Origin: Piromyces finnis finn
Taxonomy: Eukaryota; Fungi; Neocallimastigomycota
NCBI GenBank assembly: GCA_002104945.1
Contig: MCFH01000021.1
Coordinates: 248,001 to 312,000, forward strand
Reading direction: 5' to 3'
DNA length: 64,000 nucleotides
Position 1 is the stretch's first letter. Each line of letters starts with the position of its first letter. The notes beneath the pieces are model-generated. The model saw only the letters and a list, made by a program, of their open reading frames with translations, had not been told where the DNA came from and did no database searches. A program made the translations under genes and the position numbers. Shown here one piece after another: positions 13,529-30,300 of this stretch.

Positions 13529-14777
13529 ATGTCAGTAAATCAAACAGAAATAATTTTCACACAAAAATCAACAGAAACAGAAAATATATGGGTATTATTA
13601 GGTAATAATATAAATAAAGCACAATATTTTTGCCCAATATTTTCATGGTTTGCTGTTGCCTATACCTATTATTCTATTGGAAGAAAAGGTGGAGGTCCAA
13701 TATGGAAATATCTTTTATATGTAGTAACTTTTGGTTTCTTGGCAAATGTACTAGATATTGTTAAAAATATATCGTATGAGAAAAGATATCATTTTGAATC
13801 AATACAATATATTTCATGGGTAGTAACAGTTTTATTTGGATTAAATGAATGGGGTTTTGTATATATAAATTTTAAAAAAATTAAATCTTGTGTAAAATTG
13901 TTAAATAATAAAATATGGAGTGGATTAATAGTTGTCTTATTTATATACGTTATGTTTTGTCGTGTGATTATAACAAAATATAAATTCAAAGAAGATTGGG
14001 CAAAATATAACAGTGAGGAAGCAAACTCAAGTACCTATACTAATAAGAGTTTAAATTTACATGCTATGTTATATATTCCAATTGGTATGGTTGAGATAAT
14101 TTTAATTATATGTGTCATTGAACAATATATTACAGAAAAAAAGAACATGGTCAGAAATGAATTATCAATTCTTTTCAATAGTACACTTTCTAGAACATTA
14201 ATGAGTAAGTATACCTCTGCATATATATGCTTTATTATTGTTTCTATCTTAAATCTCAAATGAAATATTAAAAAAAAAAATAATTTTTAATTTATATTAA
14301 TCTTTTCATAATTTTAATATATCGTTTCTTTTCCTATATGTAGTTTCAATACTTTATATATTAATTGCTATTTCAGTTTTAATAAATAATGGAACCTATA
14401 TAGAATTTGCACGAAAATGCTTTTGGAGAGTTAAAGGTATTTTTGGTATAATATTTTTAGTAGATCTATTATTATTACGTATCGATTTGGATCAAAATGA
14501 TATAAAAACTGAAAGAGAAAAATATAACAGACAACAAATTGAAGTTATTCGTAGTTCTATGGGTTCAGGAGACTATCATCAAAATAATAATATATTTTCC
14601 TCTAATCGAAGTTACTCAGCAAATTCACCATTCAGCCCAACTCCACTTCCACCTAGTCATCATGAAATAAATAATCGTCGAGTTTCATCCTTTTCATATA
14701 ATGATTTAAATCGTACATCCAATTTAAGCTCATCACCCCTTATGACAGACTATGGTCAATACCACCATCATCTTTAA
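13529..14777 (+). CDS. Orphan 7TM receptor-like protein, paralog 2 (~369 aa, 2 exons)
   Basis: Exons 13529-14204 and 14344-14777 (gtaagt...gtag, same phase-1 position as paralog 1). Motifs NKAQYFCPIFS, IWKYL, NEWG, LYIPIG, STLSRT, WRVKGIFGIIFLVD. N-terminal NQT sequon. Confidence 0.85.
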
Positions 14778-16200
14778 AAAATATAAACCCAATACCCAAA
14801 TAAAGTGGAATAATGTGGAATAATAAAATAGAAATAAAAAAAAAAAGTCAGAAATATAGAATTAAAAAAAAAGTACAAATTGATAAAAGAAATATTTTAT
14901 TATTATTATAATGATTAATGATAGAATTAAAAGTATTCATTTTGTACTCTAGTTTTTTTTTCACCGTTCATTTATATAATATAATATAGACTACAATGTT
15001 TTAAAATATTTAAAACATTAGAAATATAAATTAAACTAACCAATATTAAAAAAAAAAAAAAGTCAACTTTTAATTTATTAAATTTGAATTTTTTGCCTCA
15101 AAAAATTTAATGTGGTGAGATAATTTCATCGTTTATATGTTAAGAAAGTTGTTTATGATAAATATATATATTTTAACATAAACAACAATTAAAAATGTAT
15201 ATTACCTATTTATTTAATTATCCCACTTTATATCATTAAAAAAAGAAAAGTTGACAATAATTAAAAATTAATAATAATATATTTTTTTAAAATTGGTCAC
15301 ATTTTGTAAAAATTTTGTAAATAAAAAAAATTTTTTTTCATATAATAAATTCATTCATTTTTTTTTTAATATTATGTAAAAAAAATAATTTTATCAAGAT
15401 TATTTAATGAATAAATTAAGTTATAATTTAATTATGAAAAAAAAAAAAAGAAAGAAAAATATACCACTATTCCTAAGAAACATTTAATATAAATAATAAT
15501 CAAATTTTTATTGTATTTTTTTTTTTTTTTACTACTACAAAAGTGTCTCTTTTAAATTTAAAATAGAAGTTTTTTTTTTTAACATTTAAATTAAAACAAT
15601 TTTTTTTTTTTTTGTTTTAAATCATTCAATATCTTTCTACGTTTTATTATCTTACTATATACAATTTTAAATTTTTATTTTATTATATTTAAAAATAATT
15701 ATTTTTCTTTTTTTTTTCTTTTCTTTTTATAAACACTAAAAAAATGAAATAGAAAATTTTGTGCTACCAAATTACTCTCTAAAAGTTTTAAATTCTTGTA
15801 GTATAATAGTAAGTTTATGATCTTGTGTAACAATAATTTGTAAACTTTATCATCTTCAAAAAAAAAAAAAAAAAAAAAAAAGCTCATTCTATCGACATAT
15901 TAGAAAGAATAAAATAAAAAAAAAAAGACAGTTAATACCTTATTGTTTTATAGCCATTGTAATATTTAATAATAATCATGATAATAATAATAATAAAAAG
16001 TTGATATTTAATAATAATAAATCGATGATTCATTTAAATTTAAATCTACTTTTTTATTATTATTATTAAAATTATTAAAATTAAAATTAAAATCTTACTA
16101 TTGTTTTATATTAATTAAAGTTTTTTTAATTTTCCATCATTATCTCTTTTTTAAAAGGTAAATAGAATTAAATATAATTTGTATTAAAAGTGGCGTTAAT

Positions 16201-16453
<253 letters not shown>

Positions 16454-17937
16454 TTTAATAATGGATATATGCAATTTATTCCATTAAAGTATATCTATTT
16501 ATAGTGTATTATTTTTTATTAATTAAATTGTATTTTTTTTCTAGTTATATAAGATCAATACAAAGATATTGAAAAATGGTTAAACTAGAAATTAATAAAG
16601 TTATATTCTTCTTTTCTACGTAAAAATAATTAGAGTAATAAATCATGAATATTAACTCTATTGTAGGTAAAATTTGATTAAATATCAAATGCCTTATTAA
16701 ATAATGAATAATTCATCTTTAATCTTTTTTTATTATTTCTTTCCATTAAAAAATAATAATAATAATAATCTAAAAATAGAATAATTAAATAATATCATTA
16801 AAAGAAAATAATAGATACTATTTTATTATCATTTTATTATCATATAAAGAAAAAGTTATATCATCACTTTATTCTTTTTCAATACAAGAAGAATAATGTT
16901 TTAATTTATTTTTGTTGTCGTTGAAATTTTAAATGACCTACTTTGAAACTTTATTTATTAATATTTTAAACAATATCTCAATAAATTTAATAAATTAAAA
17001 AATGAGCATTTTCCTAACAAACTTTAAAATATAATAAATTGATATTTTAATTTTTTTGAATGATGGGAATATTTTAATATATTAAATCTAAAGAATATAT
17101 AATAATATATAATAATATATGAATATTGATTGATTTCATTTATTATAATTTAACACATTTTTTATGTATTTATGGCATGTTTTTAAATGTTTATTTTAAT
17201 TAAAACTAATTTGTTGCCATAAATAATAGGAAATAAAATAACAAAATAATGGGATTGTTGTTGTTGGTGTTGGAAGCACCCAAAAAAAGGATTATTCTAA
17301 TTATTATTCTCATTATCTATTATTATGGGATGGGTAATACAAAAAAAAAAAAAAAAATTTCGCTACTTGAACAATAGAATAAATAAAAATAATATATTTA
17401 CAATAATAACAGTTATATATAAAATAATATATAAAAAATTATTTATAAAAGTTAAAAAACTTTTAAATATTTTTTTTTTCTTTTTTTTTTTAAAAACATA
17501 TTTAAAAGTGTTTAGGGAAAAAAAAAATGAAAAGTCTTAATAAAACTATGATACTATGATAATAATTATTAACTTTTTTTTTTTACTTGAAAAGTTTCAT
17601 AATTCAATAATAATAAAAAAAGTTAATGATAAATAAAAATAATACAATAATTTCGAAATAAAGTTACTGTATAAAGTTTACTGTATTCTTTCAATACATA
17701 AATAAATAATCCTATTCAAAGCTATTATGTTATATAAAATATATATTTAAAAAAAAATAAAATAAAAACATTATTCATACATAGATACATATCTATATAC
17801 ATACCTATATACAAAGCTGTAAAATTAACATTATTATTCAACGTTTAACTTTTAGAAAAATTAAAAATATTTCTTCACAAACATTTATTCCTAATTATCT
17901 ATTAATATTAATAAAATAAAAAAAAAAAAAATTAAAA

Positions 17938-19420
17938 ATGGTACCGTATAAAACGATGTCAGAATTGTTATCAGACAACATTAATAAATCACAGTATTTT
18001 AATCCCTTTTTTTCATGGGTGGTAGTGGTCTATACCTATTATTCTATCGGTATAAATGGTGGATTAATATGGAAATATCTATTTTATAATGCAACGGTGG
18101 GATTTATAGCTATCTGTATTTCAATGACTTATTCAATGGCAGAGAATTTAAATTATAAATATGAACTTTTCATAAAATTAATATGGATAGAAGAATTTTT
18201 ATGGAATGTAAATGAATGGGGTTATGTCTTTATTAATTTTATTAAAATTCGTTCATGTATAAAATCTTTAAAGAAAGGTTTTTGGATGTGTATTGTCTTA
18301 ATACTTTTCTTCTATACCCTAATCATTCGTTCTTTCCTTTGTTATTATGATTATAATTATAAATTAAATAAATATAAAAATGGTGGAAAATTGAGTAATG
18401 ATCAAGAGCAGGATTATTCCCATTACTCTAACATGTGTAATGGATTTCTCTACTTCCCATTAGGAATTATTTGCTTTGTTTTCATCTATTTAATTTTTGT
18501 AGAATTTATCAATGAGGATGACAAAAACGCCAAGAATATTTTATCTATTTTACTTCATAGTACTTTGTCAAGAATGCTTTTAGGTAATTCGATCTAAATT
18601 AATAAAATGGATATGTGCATAATAGTGTATTATTGATTAATCAAATTCTAATATATATATATATATATATTCTTTTATTATTATCATGTTTTTTTTCTTT
18701 TCTTTTTTTTTAAAAAAAAAATTAGTATCCTTAATATTCTTAGGAATGTCTTTAATTGTTCATTTTTCAAAAACGGGTATTCCCGGAGTAATAAGAAGAT
18801 TTCTATGGAGAATGAAAGGGTCATTAGGTATTATTTTTTTAATTGATATACTACTTTTACGTATTGATCTTGATCAAAATCAAATTTCATTGCAACTAGA
18901 AGAACTGGAAAAGAAAAGTATAGGAAAGTCATTAAAACATACCTCATATGATGTATCCTATAAAAATAGTATACCAAACCATAGTGATTTAGATTATGCC
19001 ACACTTTTATTAAGTAATAATGCAGATGAAATAGTATCACCAGAAAATGTTACTTTTAACAACAATGACAAAAACAATAATAACAACAATACTAATGAAA
19101 TTTCATTTTTATATGAAAATAACAATAGTATATTTGGATATCAGTACAACCTTCCCTATAATAATTCAAATTCATTTTTCAATAATAAAGATGGCACAAC
19201 CTATAATTCTAATAACCAAAATTTATATGAATTTAATAATAATAATATATTTAATTATCAACACGGACTTCCATATATTAATAATAGGAATACAACTACC
19301 TCACCATCTATTCCACCATCGATCACAGTATCTCTTAGTAACACTAAAACAAAAAATTCATATGGTCACAAAAAATATCCAAGTAGTATTAGTAATATTG
19401 TATTAGAAAATAAATATTAA
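17938..19420 (+). CDS. Orphan 7TM receptor-like protein, paralog 3 (~446 aa, 2 exons)
   Basis: Exons 17938-18583 and 18726-19420 (gtaatt...ttag, same phase-1 position). Motifs NKSQYFNPFFS, IWKYL, NEWG, LYFPLG, STLSRM, WRMKGSLGIIFLID, and an Asn-rich tail. Confidence 0.85.
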
Positions 19421-19845
19421 TAGTATTAATATTATATATACTAAAAAAATAAGGATAAACAATATATTCATATATTGAATCAATTATTATTAGAATTATA
19501 AAAGATAAAGAATATTAATATTTTATAATTCTAAAGTAATAAAAAGAATAAAAAAAAATCATTACTGTATATATATAAAAAAAATGAATAAAATATATAT
19601 AAGTATATATATATATATTATTGTAATCTTATGATCTTTAAATTAACCTGTTATGGCTACGAATTACTAAAAGAATACTCTATAAAAAGAAAAACAATTC
19701 ATTATAAATTATCCAATTTTAAAATAAAAAAATAATAATAAAAAAAAAAAAAAAAAAGAAAAATTATAATTTTTATTGAAAATTAACATTAATATTATCA
19801 TAATAAAAGTTTTTATATTTGAAAATGGGTACATGTTATTCAATA

Positions 19846-20000
<155 letters not shown>

Positions 20001-22786
20001 TTAAAGCTATTTTAGATACAATACTTTTTTATCAATTAATATTTTCCTTTTTTGTTATTATTATTTCTTTTTTTTTTTTTTTTTTGGATAAATTTTTTGT
20101 TTCCACTTTACAAATTCATAATATTTAATAAGTCATTATATATGTAAATTTAACATAAAATAGAGATAAATTGTTTAAATAAAAACACATGACTAGTTCA
20201 GTAATTCTTTGAAAGATTATTAATAAATGACTCTTGGTTTGCTTGTTAGAATCTGTCTTTTCAAAACAACAACATAATTTAACAAAATTTTATATATTTT
20301 TTAAAGTCTAAAGTGTGTATATACGCATCTTAAAAAAGAGAATCTTTAAATAATACTAAAAAATGAGATTAAATTAGCATTCCTTTAAAAGGGATAAACG
20401 AATAAAGAGAAAAAAATGGTCAACATAGTAATGTTTCAAATGAATATTTTTTTTTTATAATAAAAAATGGGCTAAGAAAATTTATAGAAATTATTGGTGG
20501 GTACAACTTTGTTAAAACGATAAAAGTTTAATAAAAAAAAATTTCTGAAAAAAAAAAAGAATTAAATGAAGTTTTATAATATGATATTTATTATGTAAAA
20601 TTTATAGCTTAATTGTTAGAAAACTTTGGAATAGCTTTTCTCACACCACATTATAACACACAAATAGTCCATTTATATTATTATATTCTTTTTTTTTTTT
20701 TACATAATTTTGTTATAAAGTCAATCCAACAATTGTTGTGGAGGTAGAATTAAAAAATAGCATTAAGAAATATGTTTTATAAAAATAGATATTCCAATAT
20801 ATCGATAAAAAATAACAAATATCATGATGTTCCTACTAGAAAGCATAAATTAAAACATTCCAATATATTGGAATTGGAATAATATTACCAAATATATTAT
20901 ATAGAAATTAATATAATACATTGGTTTTGTTTGCTGCCGCAATAATACAAAGAATTATTATATACTAAAAACCACAATAAAAATATATATATATAAAAAA
21001 GAATACCATTTATGTAGTATTCATCCATTGAACCTATACATCTTAATAATAATGTTGTCTATTTCATTTAATATTATATAACAAATAATAAGTATTAACA
21101 ATAGTAGATAATATTATTTAAAAAATATTATTTATTATTTTATCCTATTACAATTTCCTTTTTTATATATATTAAAGCTATTTGAAAAAGGGAGAAATTA
21201 AGCTTAAAAAAGTGGATGTTGTACAAAAACTTTAATCCATTTCAGAACATCTCAAAAATATAAAATATAAAAAAAAAGTTATAAAGAATATTTAAAAGTT
21301 TCTATTACAAAAAGGATTATCCTCTACGAAAATAAATAATAAATAGTATAAAAAAAGCCATTTATTACACATTCATGTTCATTCATGTTATAACTAACAT
21401 TTTCACTATTTCATTGATGGACACTTTACCCATAAATTTTATTTTATATAAAAAATTATATTTTGTAACTTAAATTAATGAAAAAATAAAATACAGATAA
21501 TTTAATATATTGTAATATATTATATTACATTTTAATATATAATAATTGTATAAAGTGTAATATAAAATTATTTTCTTAATATTTTAATTAATTTGTATAA
21601 CTACTACATTTTAATTATTGTAATAGAAAAAGAATACTAGAATACTATTTTTTATTATTTATTAAAGTTTAAATAAAAAAAAGAAGAAAATATAAATATT
21701 CTTAGTTTACTTTTTTTTTTTCTTTAAAAATTCTTTTTTTATGAATGGTAAAAAAAGAAATAAAAAAAAAAAAGAAAATAATAATACCAATATATATAAA
21801 AAAAATTATATTAGCTATAATAACTAAAAAAAAAAAAATACTATTATATTAGTATTTTTTTTTTAGTATTTTAATACTATGTTAATTGAATAATTGTTAT
21901 AATTATTATTATAATATAATAAATATTCAGTTCATATTTAATTTTAAAATTTAATAATCAATAATAAAATATTTGAATTAAAAGTAGTTAAGAAATTAAA
22001 ACTTTTTTTTCTATTTCAAAATAATTTTTAAAACTATTTTATTATTATTATTATAATTTTTTTGTTATTATATTGAAAAAAGAAAAAAGAGGAATTAAAA
22101 AATCATAAAAAAAAAAAAAAAAAAACAAGAAAATCTTGATTTATTTCTTTTAAAAATACTATCAATCCTTACTTTCTTTTCAAAAGTAATAACAACAACA
22201 ACAATAGCAGTTGTATAATAAATTATATTGTACACATATTTTTTATTAAAAAAAGAAAAAGGAAAAAAACTTTTTTTTACTATTGTTAATTTCGATAATA
22301 AAAATTTTTCTTTTTTTTTTTTTCTTTTTTTTATAAAAAATAAAAAAAAAAAAAATGTAATAATTCAATTAAAAATTATGTAATTTAATTTCAAAAAAAA
22401 AAAAAAAAATTAAAACTATTGCAAATATAAATATATCCGTTCGCTTAAATTAAGCATAGCAATGTATAAAATATAAAAAATATATAAAAGAAAACGTTGA
22501 TATTCCTATCCATTCGTAAAATAATATTATAATACTTGTGAATTTGTTATTATAATAATTGTTAATTATTTTTATCAATATTTTTATTTTAAATATTACT
22601 AAAAATACCATCAATACCATCACAAATAATTATTATTCATAAATATTAATATAAAAAATTTTAATATATCAATCACACATTTTACAAATTATTGTTATAC
22701 CAATAATAATACAATAATAATAAAATTAATATAATAATATATAAGGTCATTTAGAAATATAAGCGATTAAATACCATACTTTAAAA

Positions 22787-24428
22787 ATGGCTCTTTCTTC
22801 ACCATTTAATTTAATGATTACTGAATTATCCAATATGGTTAATAAAACCCAATACTTTAACCCATTCTTTTCATGGATAATTGTTGTATATACATATTTT
22901 TCAATAGGTATCCAAGGAGGAAAAATATGGAAATATTTATTCTATTTTGCCACCTGTGGTTACATAGCCTCATTTTTAAACATTATATATACCTTGGCAA
23001 AAACATTAAATTTGGACTATGTAAAGTATTTACAACTTCTTTGGATAGAACATTGCTTTTGGGGTATAAATGAATGGGGTTATATGTTTGTAAATTTCTT
23101 AAAAATTAAAGCATGTATTAACAAATTAAATAAAAAGGTATGGGATTGTTTGTTATACTTTCTATTAGCCTATACTCTTGTAATTCGTATAGTCATTGCT
23201 CATACGGAAATCACAGGAAGAGTAGATGTCTATATTAATAATAAAAAGACAGGTAAAAACGATAAATTTGATGATTCTATATTAAATTACTTTAATGGTG
23301 CATTATACTTCCCATTGGGTATTTTATGTACAGTATTCATTTTCTTAATTTTTCAAAAATTTATTACTGAAGATAATAACGAATCAAGAAATGTTCTTTC
23401 GGTTCTTCTTCACAGTACTCTTTCAAGAATGATTTTTGGTAAGTTTTTTTTGTTTTTGTTTTCTTAAAAAAATCTTGAAGAAAATATTATCATATTAAGA
23501 AAAATTTTTTATATGTAAAAAAAAAAATATCTAATTTTTATTTATTGGTTTGCTTATTTATATGGTTGTATATCTAAATATATAATAAATGTTGTAAATA
23601 ATAATTCTAGTATCATCATTATTTATTGGTATCTCTATTATTGTATTCTTTCCAAGTACTGGAGTTTCTGGATTTATAAGAAGATTATTATGGAGAATCA
23701 AAGGAAATTTAGGTATTATATTTTTAGTAGATATAATATTATTACGTATTGATCTTGACAAAAATAAGATTATTGAACAAACAAGACAAATTCAAATGAT
23801 GAATAAGAACAAAACCATTCAAAATGGATTTAATTTTGATCCATCCGAACGAACATCCCAAAATGTAAATATGAATATGGAATATACCAATAGATTGCTT
23901 ACAAACAAAAAGAATGTTAGTGGACTCTATAAGAGTTTACCGTTGGATAATGAAATTAGAGATGATGTACTTCCTTACCTAAATCATAATTCTATTGAAG
24001 GATGTGATATCAGTAAAAGTCATAATTATAATGGTAGTGGTAGTCTTGGAAGATATCCTTATTCAAATAATACCCTAGCACGTTTTTCTCGTAATTCAAA
24101 AGTTTCTGATAATATGAATACTTCCAATCTTTTTGGTTATTATAGCGTTAGTTTAACAAACTTTGAAGATAATAACAATTCATTATTAAGAAAACCTCAC
24201 AATAATCATGGATTTGAAACCATTTCACTCAATGGTCCTTCCTACAGTTCTTTATCTCATTTAAATCCTAATTCTATTAATTTAGAGAATATAGCATCCT
24301 CCTCCATTTCTTCTAATTATGGATCATTAAGCAGAACTCAATCCGTAAAAGCTCCAAGTATTTCAAATGGATCTTTAAAAAGAAAACATCCAGGCGATAT
24401 TATCATGGAAAATCCCAATTTAGAATAA
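22787..24428 (+). CDS. Orphan 7TM receptor-like protein, paralog 4 (~489 aa, 2 exons)
   Basis: Exons 22787-23438 and 23611-24428 (gtaagt...ctag, same phase-1 position). Motifs NKTQYFNPFFS, IWKYL, NEWG, LYFPLG, STLSRM, WRIKGNLGIIFLVD, and a Ser-rich tail. Confidence 0.85.
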
Positions 24429-27373
24429 TAATAAATTTTAATTTTTAATCCAATTTTTATATTAAATGATATCCTATACTAAAAAAAAAAATTATAATTC
24501 TAAAAGATGTACTAAAGAAATAGAAAAAATAATTATTATTTTAATAGAAAATATAATGATTAATTATCATTTTTTATTTAGAATCATTCTTATTAATATA
24601 TACATAATAATAATAATAATAATAATAAATCTATTATCTAGCTCTCTACCCTATAAATATAAAATAAATTAGCATAAAATATAAAATAATAAAAAAATAA
24701 TAAAGCCAAAAAATAAAAAGCTTTTAATTTCATGTATTATGACTATGCATGAATAATAATTCTTGTTAAATCCTTGATAGCCTACTTTTTTTTTTTTTCT
24801 TTATTACTACGACCAAAGTAATAAGTTTTTTTAAAAAAAAAAAGTCTTCGTTATCAAAAAGATTTTAAGATAATGATTAACACGATAAATTATATTAATA
24901 TATATTAAAGGTTTTTTTTTTTTTTTTTTGTATTATTTAATATAATAGTTTATTATGTAATGGATAGTATTTTTTTTAATATTTTATATGTTCAGACTTT
25001 GGTATAAATTCATAATACCTTGTTTATTATTGTAAGAAAGAAATATTTTTTTTAATTAATACCGTCCATACTATAGAATAATCTAAGAAAAAAAAGATTT
25101 AAAAAAAAACTTTGTACTACCTTTTTAAAAATTAATATTTTTTTTTTTTAAAATGATAATATATATAATATTAATAGTAAGTAGAAGTGGTAGTAGGTAG
25201 TAGTTGTAGTTGTAATAAATGGTAGAAATATGAAATAGCAATAGTAATTAATTTATTTATGAAAAGACTACAAATACTAAAGAATAGAATAACAACAAAA
25301 GCAATAGAAAAATTCAATCTACCTTTTTTATATATTTATTTTATATATATATAATATATATTAATATTTTTTTTTTTTACTTTTTTTAGTAACTTTTTTA
25401 TAACCTTAATAATAATGATTTGTTTTAAAAATCAAATCAATGGCATTTAAAGATACAATAAAAAGATATGTAATTTAAAAGTATTATATATAAAATATTA
25501 TTTTTACTTTGTAAAATAATAGTAATTAAATCGTTCTTTTGTTTCTTTGCTTATTATTCATCCTTATTATTGAATTCACATCATTTATAATAAAGAGCAA
25601 TGTGTATGATGAATGATATAAAATCAAAATCTAAAAATTATTAAAATATATTAAAATTCAAAGTGTAACAAAATGTATCATATATTACAAATATATTGTA
25701 ATATATCAATTAAATTATCAATGAAATGATGAAAGTTTAAAAAAGGAAACTTTTTTTAAACGTAAAACCCAAAGAAAAAAAAGTTTGAATTTTAAAGATT
25801 ATGCATAATAGGTGAAATAAAAATAAAATAATAAGTTACTAATAAAATACAAAAATTCCTTTTCCTAAGTAAGGATTATTAACTAACTTTTTCTTTATTT
25901 GCTTTATATATAAATTATCTTTAACACTTAATTGGTGTGACATTTTCAAATATTATTTTAAAAAAAAATGAACGGCGTATTATTCCATAGTAACAGTAAA
26001 AATTTAAAAAAAAAGGGGGGGATAAATAATAAATTTCAATTTATAATTAATTTTAAATAAAGAATTGTTTGTTATCAATACTAACACCTTTTTTTCATTT
26101 CTTGATCATTTAACCATTTTTCTTTTCTTTTATATCTATCTTTATTATAAATGAATTCAACTCTTTCTTTTTACTTTTGAAAAAGTTTCCTTTTTTAAAC
26201 TTTTCACAATTTAATTGAAATTTATATTGATATATATATTACAGTATATTATAATATATAATATATTTTGTTACACCTTTTTTTTAAAAAAAAATTAATA
26301 AAAAAAAAAGGGAATTAAATTAAATATTAAAAGAAATTATAAATGAATGAAATTAAATCTTTTTTTTTTCTTTTTTTTTACTTTTGCTAATTTACTTGTT
26401 TATAGTTGAATGGTATTTAACTTTTATGACCTAATGCTTATTTTCTATTTCATGATAGAAACCATTTTTATTAATTATTTTCCTATTTTCTTATATTGAG
26501 TTTTCATCTAGTAAGCATAACTTTAAATTTCTTTTTTTAATAAAGTTTCCTTAATTAAATTTTTTTAATTAAATCTTTAAATTTATTGTAATACAATATA
26601 AATATATAAAAAGAATATAATTAAAATATAATTAAAATATAATCAATTTATAATGGAATATTTTTTTTATTTTAATCCTTTTTCTTTAAAAATATTTATT
26701 AATTAAAAAAGAAAAAAAAAAAATCTTTATTAAATGTCAATTAAAAAATTAAACTAAAAAAAAAAAAAAGAAAAAGCATTTGTTTGGTTTTATTCTTTAA
26801 AAAATATAATTTTCTTTTCTTTTTTTTTTTTAAATTACCTAAATAACTAAGTAAAAAAATATTTAAAATATTTATATATCTTTATATCTATCTATCTTCT
26901 TATTAAAAGAATATTTCTTTTTTTTATTTTAATTTAACAAAATAAAAAAGAAAAATATTTTTAAAGATATTCAAAGGTGAAATAAATATAGCTACAAAAA
27001 ATTAATAATACAACATTAGATAAATACTTTTATTCATTTGAAAAATTCAAATAATACCATTCACACAGTTTATATAAAAGTGATATTAATTATTTTTTTA
27101 AATTTCTATCCTATATCTAATAAATATCTTTATTGATAGTATATAGTATAAATAAAACACACACACACATTTAGTCATTCAAAATAAGCAAAAAGAGTTA
27201 GTGTTTAACAATAGTATCAATATAAACAAACAACCATATTCATATAATTACATAGTATTATTATTAAATACATTTATATTAAATACAATAAAAGTACAAA
27301 AGTAAATATCATAGAAATATTTTGTTAATAAAAAAAAAAAGTATAATTTTAAATTCATTAAAATTATATTAAA

Positions 27374-30300
27374 ATGGAATTTGAAAATGATAACATGCAA
27401 GTTAATAATTATCCTATCCTCTCAATAAACGAAGTTAAAAATGTACTACTCCGTTGCCAACAATTGGTAAAAACTTCAAATAGGTTTCAACATGCCATTA
27501 TGAATATGGCTCAATTATTGCATGAATTAAACCAAGATATGGACAAAATATTTAATTTGAAAGAAATGTATTTTATTTCAAATATTTTAAATTCAGATAA
27601 AGGTTAGTTTTTAAAAGTAAAAAACTTTTTTAATATACTAGTAAACCTTTTTTTTTTAAAAAAAACTGATAATATTTATTAGTAGTAGTAGTATAATTAG
27701 TATAATTAGTATTAATAAAGAAAATATATATAATTTATACATATTCATTAATTAAATTTTTAAAATGTAATAATTATAATTTACAGATGTACAGTATATA
27801 CTAACAGAAAATCAAAAATACATAAAGAAATTAAATGAATTAGTAAGTACTTTATTATTACTTAAAAACAATATAATTATCTTACTTACGCTATTCCAAA
27901 AATTATATTTAAATAGAATAATTTTTTCTCTACTAACTACATTATACCGATAAAAACAAAAACTGAGGAATTACAAAAAAAGGTATTGTTATTATACTGT
28001 TATAATAGATAGATAGAAATATATCTAATATTTATTCTATTCTATTTATACTTATAATAAAAAGGTTTCAAATAAAAAAGTTGAAAAAGTATTAAAAAAT
28101 GAATCAAAAAACAGAAAAAAGGATAATTTTGATAATTCAAATGCAAATACTGTAAGTACCATCAAAAGACGCTACATTATAAAAACTTAACCCTAATAAA
28201 AATATTAAAAAAAAATACTTTTTATATCTTAATTATAATTTGGATATCTATTTTTTAATATATCACTTTGCTATATTAGAATGCGTTGGTTCATAAATCA
28301 ATATTTAATAACAACTATGAAATATTTACATGTATAGTAGATGCATCTAATAATTTAATTAAATGTACAGAAAACCTCTTTGTAAAGTCTAAACATCATG
28401 AAACCAAAAAAAAAAATCATCATAGAAAGAGTTATTCAATCTCGAATATATATTCAACATATAATAGTAGTAATAGTAAACCGTTAAATAAATCACATCA
28501 CAAAAGTAATACCATGAGTTTAGATCTTCAACCACAAAATTCAAAAAAAATGACTAAACATTCTTCACTTGATAATATTGATTCCGTTAAATTAGAAAAA
28601 AGTCATGCTTCTCTTCATAAGTACAATAGCAAAGAATCAAATTCAAATATTAGAAATAGTAGTGGACCATTAAGTCCATTAAATAAGGAATTACAAATGG
28701 ATCTTGATTTAAGCGGAATTCCAAATCAAAATGAAATTGAAAAAGTTAACATTAATGATGAGGAAGAAGAAGATGAAATTATTGTACCTCCAAATGGTAT
28801 TATTAGCCCATACCTTGATAGTGATATGGCTAACATCAATGATACCTTTAAATCCATGAAAATGAAACAAAAAATGATTGGTCATAATCGCTCTCATTCG
28901 GTTGGCGCTACGCCTCAAAAGAATAATTCTGCCATGGCCCAAGAGAAATATTTAAGCTTAATTAATGGTAGTCAAATACCAAATGCCAATACGATGGACA
29001 GTCATTTTATGTTTACAAATACTACAACTAATATTAATACTTCTTCTAAAATACCTTCTTTAACTTCAATCATCGATACCCCACCTATCACTGATAGTAC
29101 AACTCCTTCTTTGGAATGTGCACAGTCAAACGAACAAGCTCAAACTAACCCAAGTCATATATTGAATATGCTTTCAACGGAGAGTAATGACGAAGTTCAT
29201 AAGGAACCTTCTAATCATGAATTAAAAAGCTACGATAGTTCCAATTTCCCTAGCATTTCTTCTCTCGATCTTTCATATACTGAAAAAGCGCCTAATAAGA
29301 TAAATGAAAAAAGTTTTGTTGAAAATGAAAGTTTCTCCATTTCTCAATCGACTATCAAAAATACCGAAAAAAGAAATGATATTGTCAATGATAGTATATT
29401 CGATAACGAAATTAGCTTCAATACTAAGGAAGAGGAAGAGGATATGATTGAGGAGATTATTGAAGTTAATACAGAAGATCTTCCACCATTAGAAACATTA
29501 GAAACTTTATCAGATGATGGTATTGATGATGTTGATATTGATATAAAGGAATTGAATAAAAAGAGAAGAGCAAAAATGAAAAATCAAAATTCTTCCGCTG
29601 CTGAAAATGACTATATTTATGTAAATGAAAATACCGGTGAAAAAATCAATAAAATTGAAATTATTGAAATTGAAATTGAGGATGAAACCCCAAGCCATGA
29701 GATAAACCATACTACAGAAATCATCAATGATAAGGATATAGAAGAAGAATTGGAAAATGAAATTTTTGATGATACAAAGACTCAATCATCACAACCCCAT
29801 CACCATCAACAACAACAACAACACCACCAATCACAAGAAATGAACGATATAGAAAAAGAGATCCTAAGGGATGACAGTGATCGTGCATCTACCGAATCCA
29901 ATGATAATAAAGCGTCATTATCAGTTGGTTCTGTTCATAAATCTATAAAAAGTCATTCATCAACAAGTAGTCATAATGAAATTAAAAACTCAAAGTCTGT
30001 TAAAACGGACCGTAGTTCAGAAAATTCGCGTAAGGAAATAAAAACTGAAAATGCTAATAATAATGATAATAATCCAGAAGAACAGGCCGTACAAGAAGGC
30101 ATTCCTCCTCCAAAATTAAATAAAACCGATCTTAATATTGATATTCAAAAAGTAAATGATAAAGTTAATGTGAAAAGAAGTAAAAGTATTAATATTTTTA
30201 AATCTCATGAAAGATCACGTTCTCTTGATTTAAAATTTGATAAAAAACATATACTAGGTATTATCTTTAATAAAAAGGATTCTAGTTCCTCTAAAAAGGC

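Noticed and set aside
20460-20530. Peptide IYRNYWW resembling a Gypsy integrase zinc-binding region
   Set aside because: Too short, surrounded by stops, and no RT, RNase H, integrase core or LTRs nearby.
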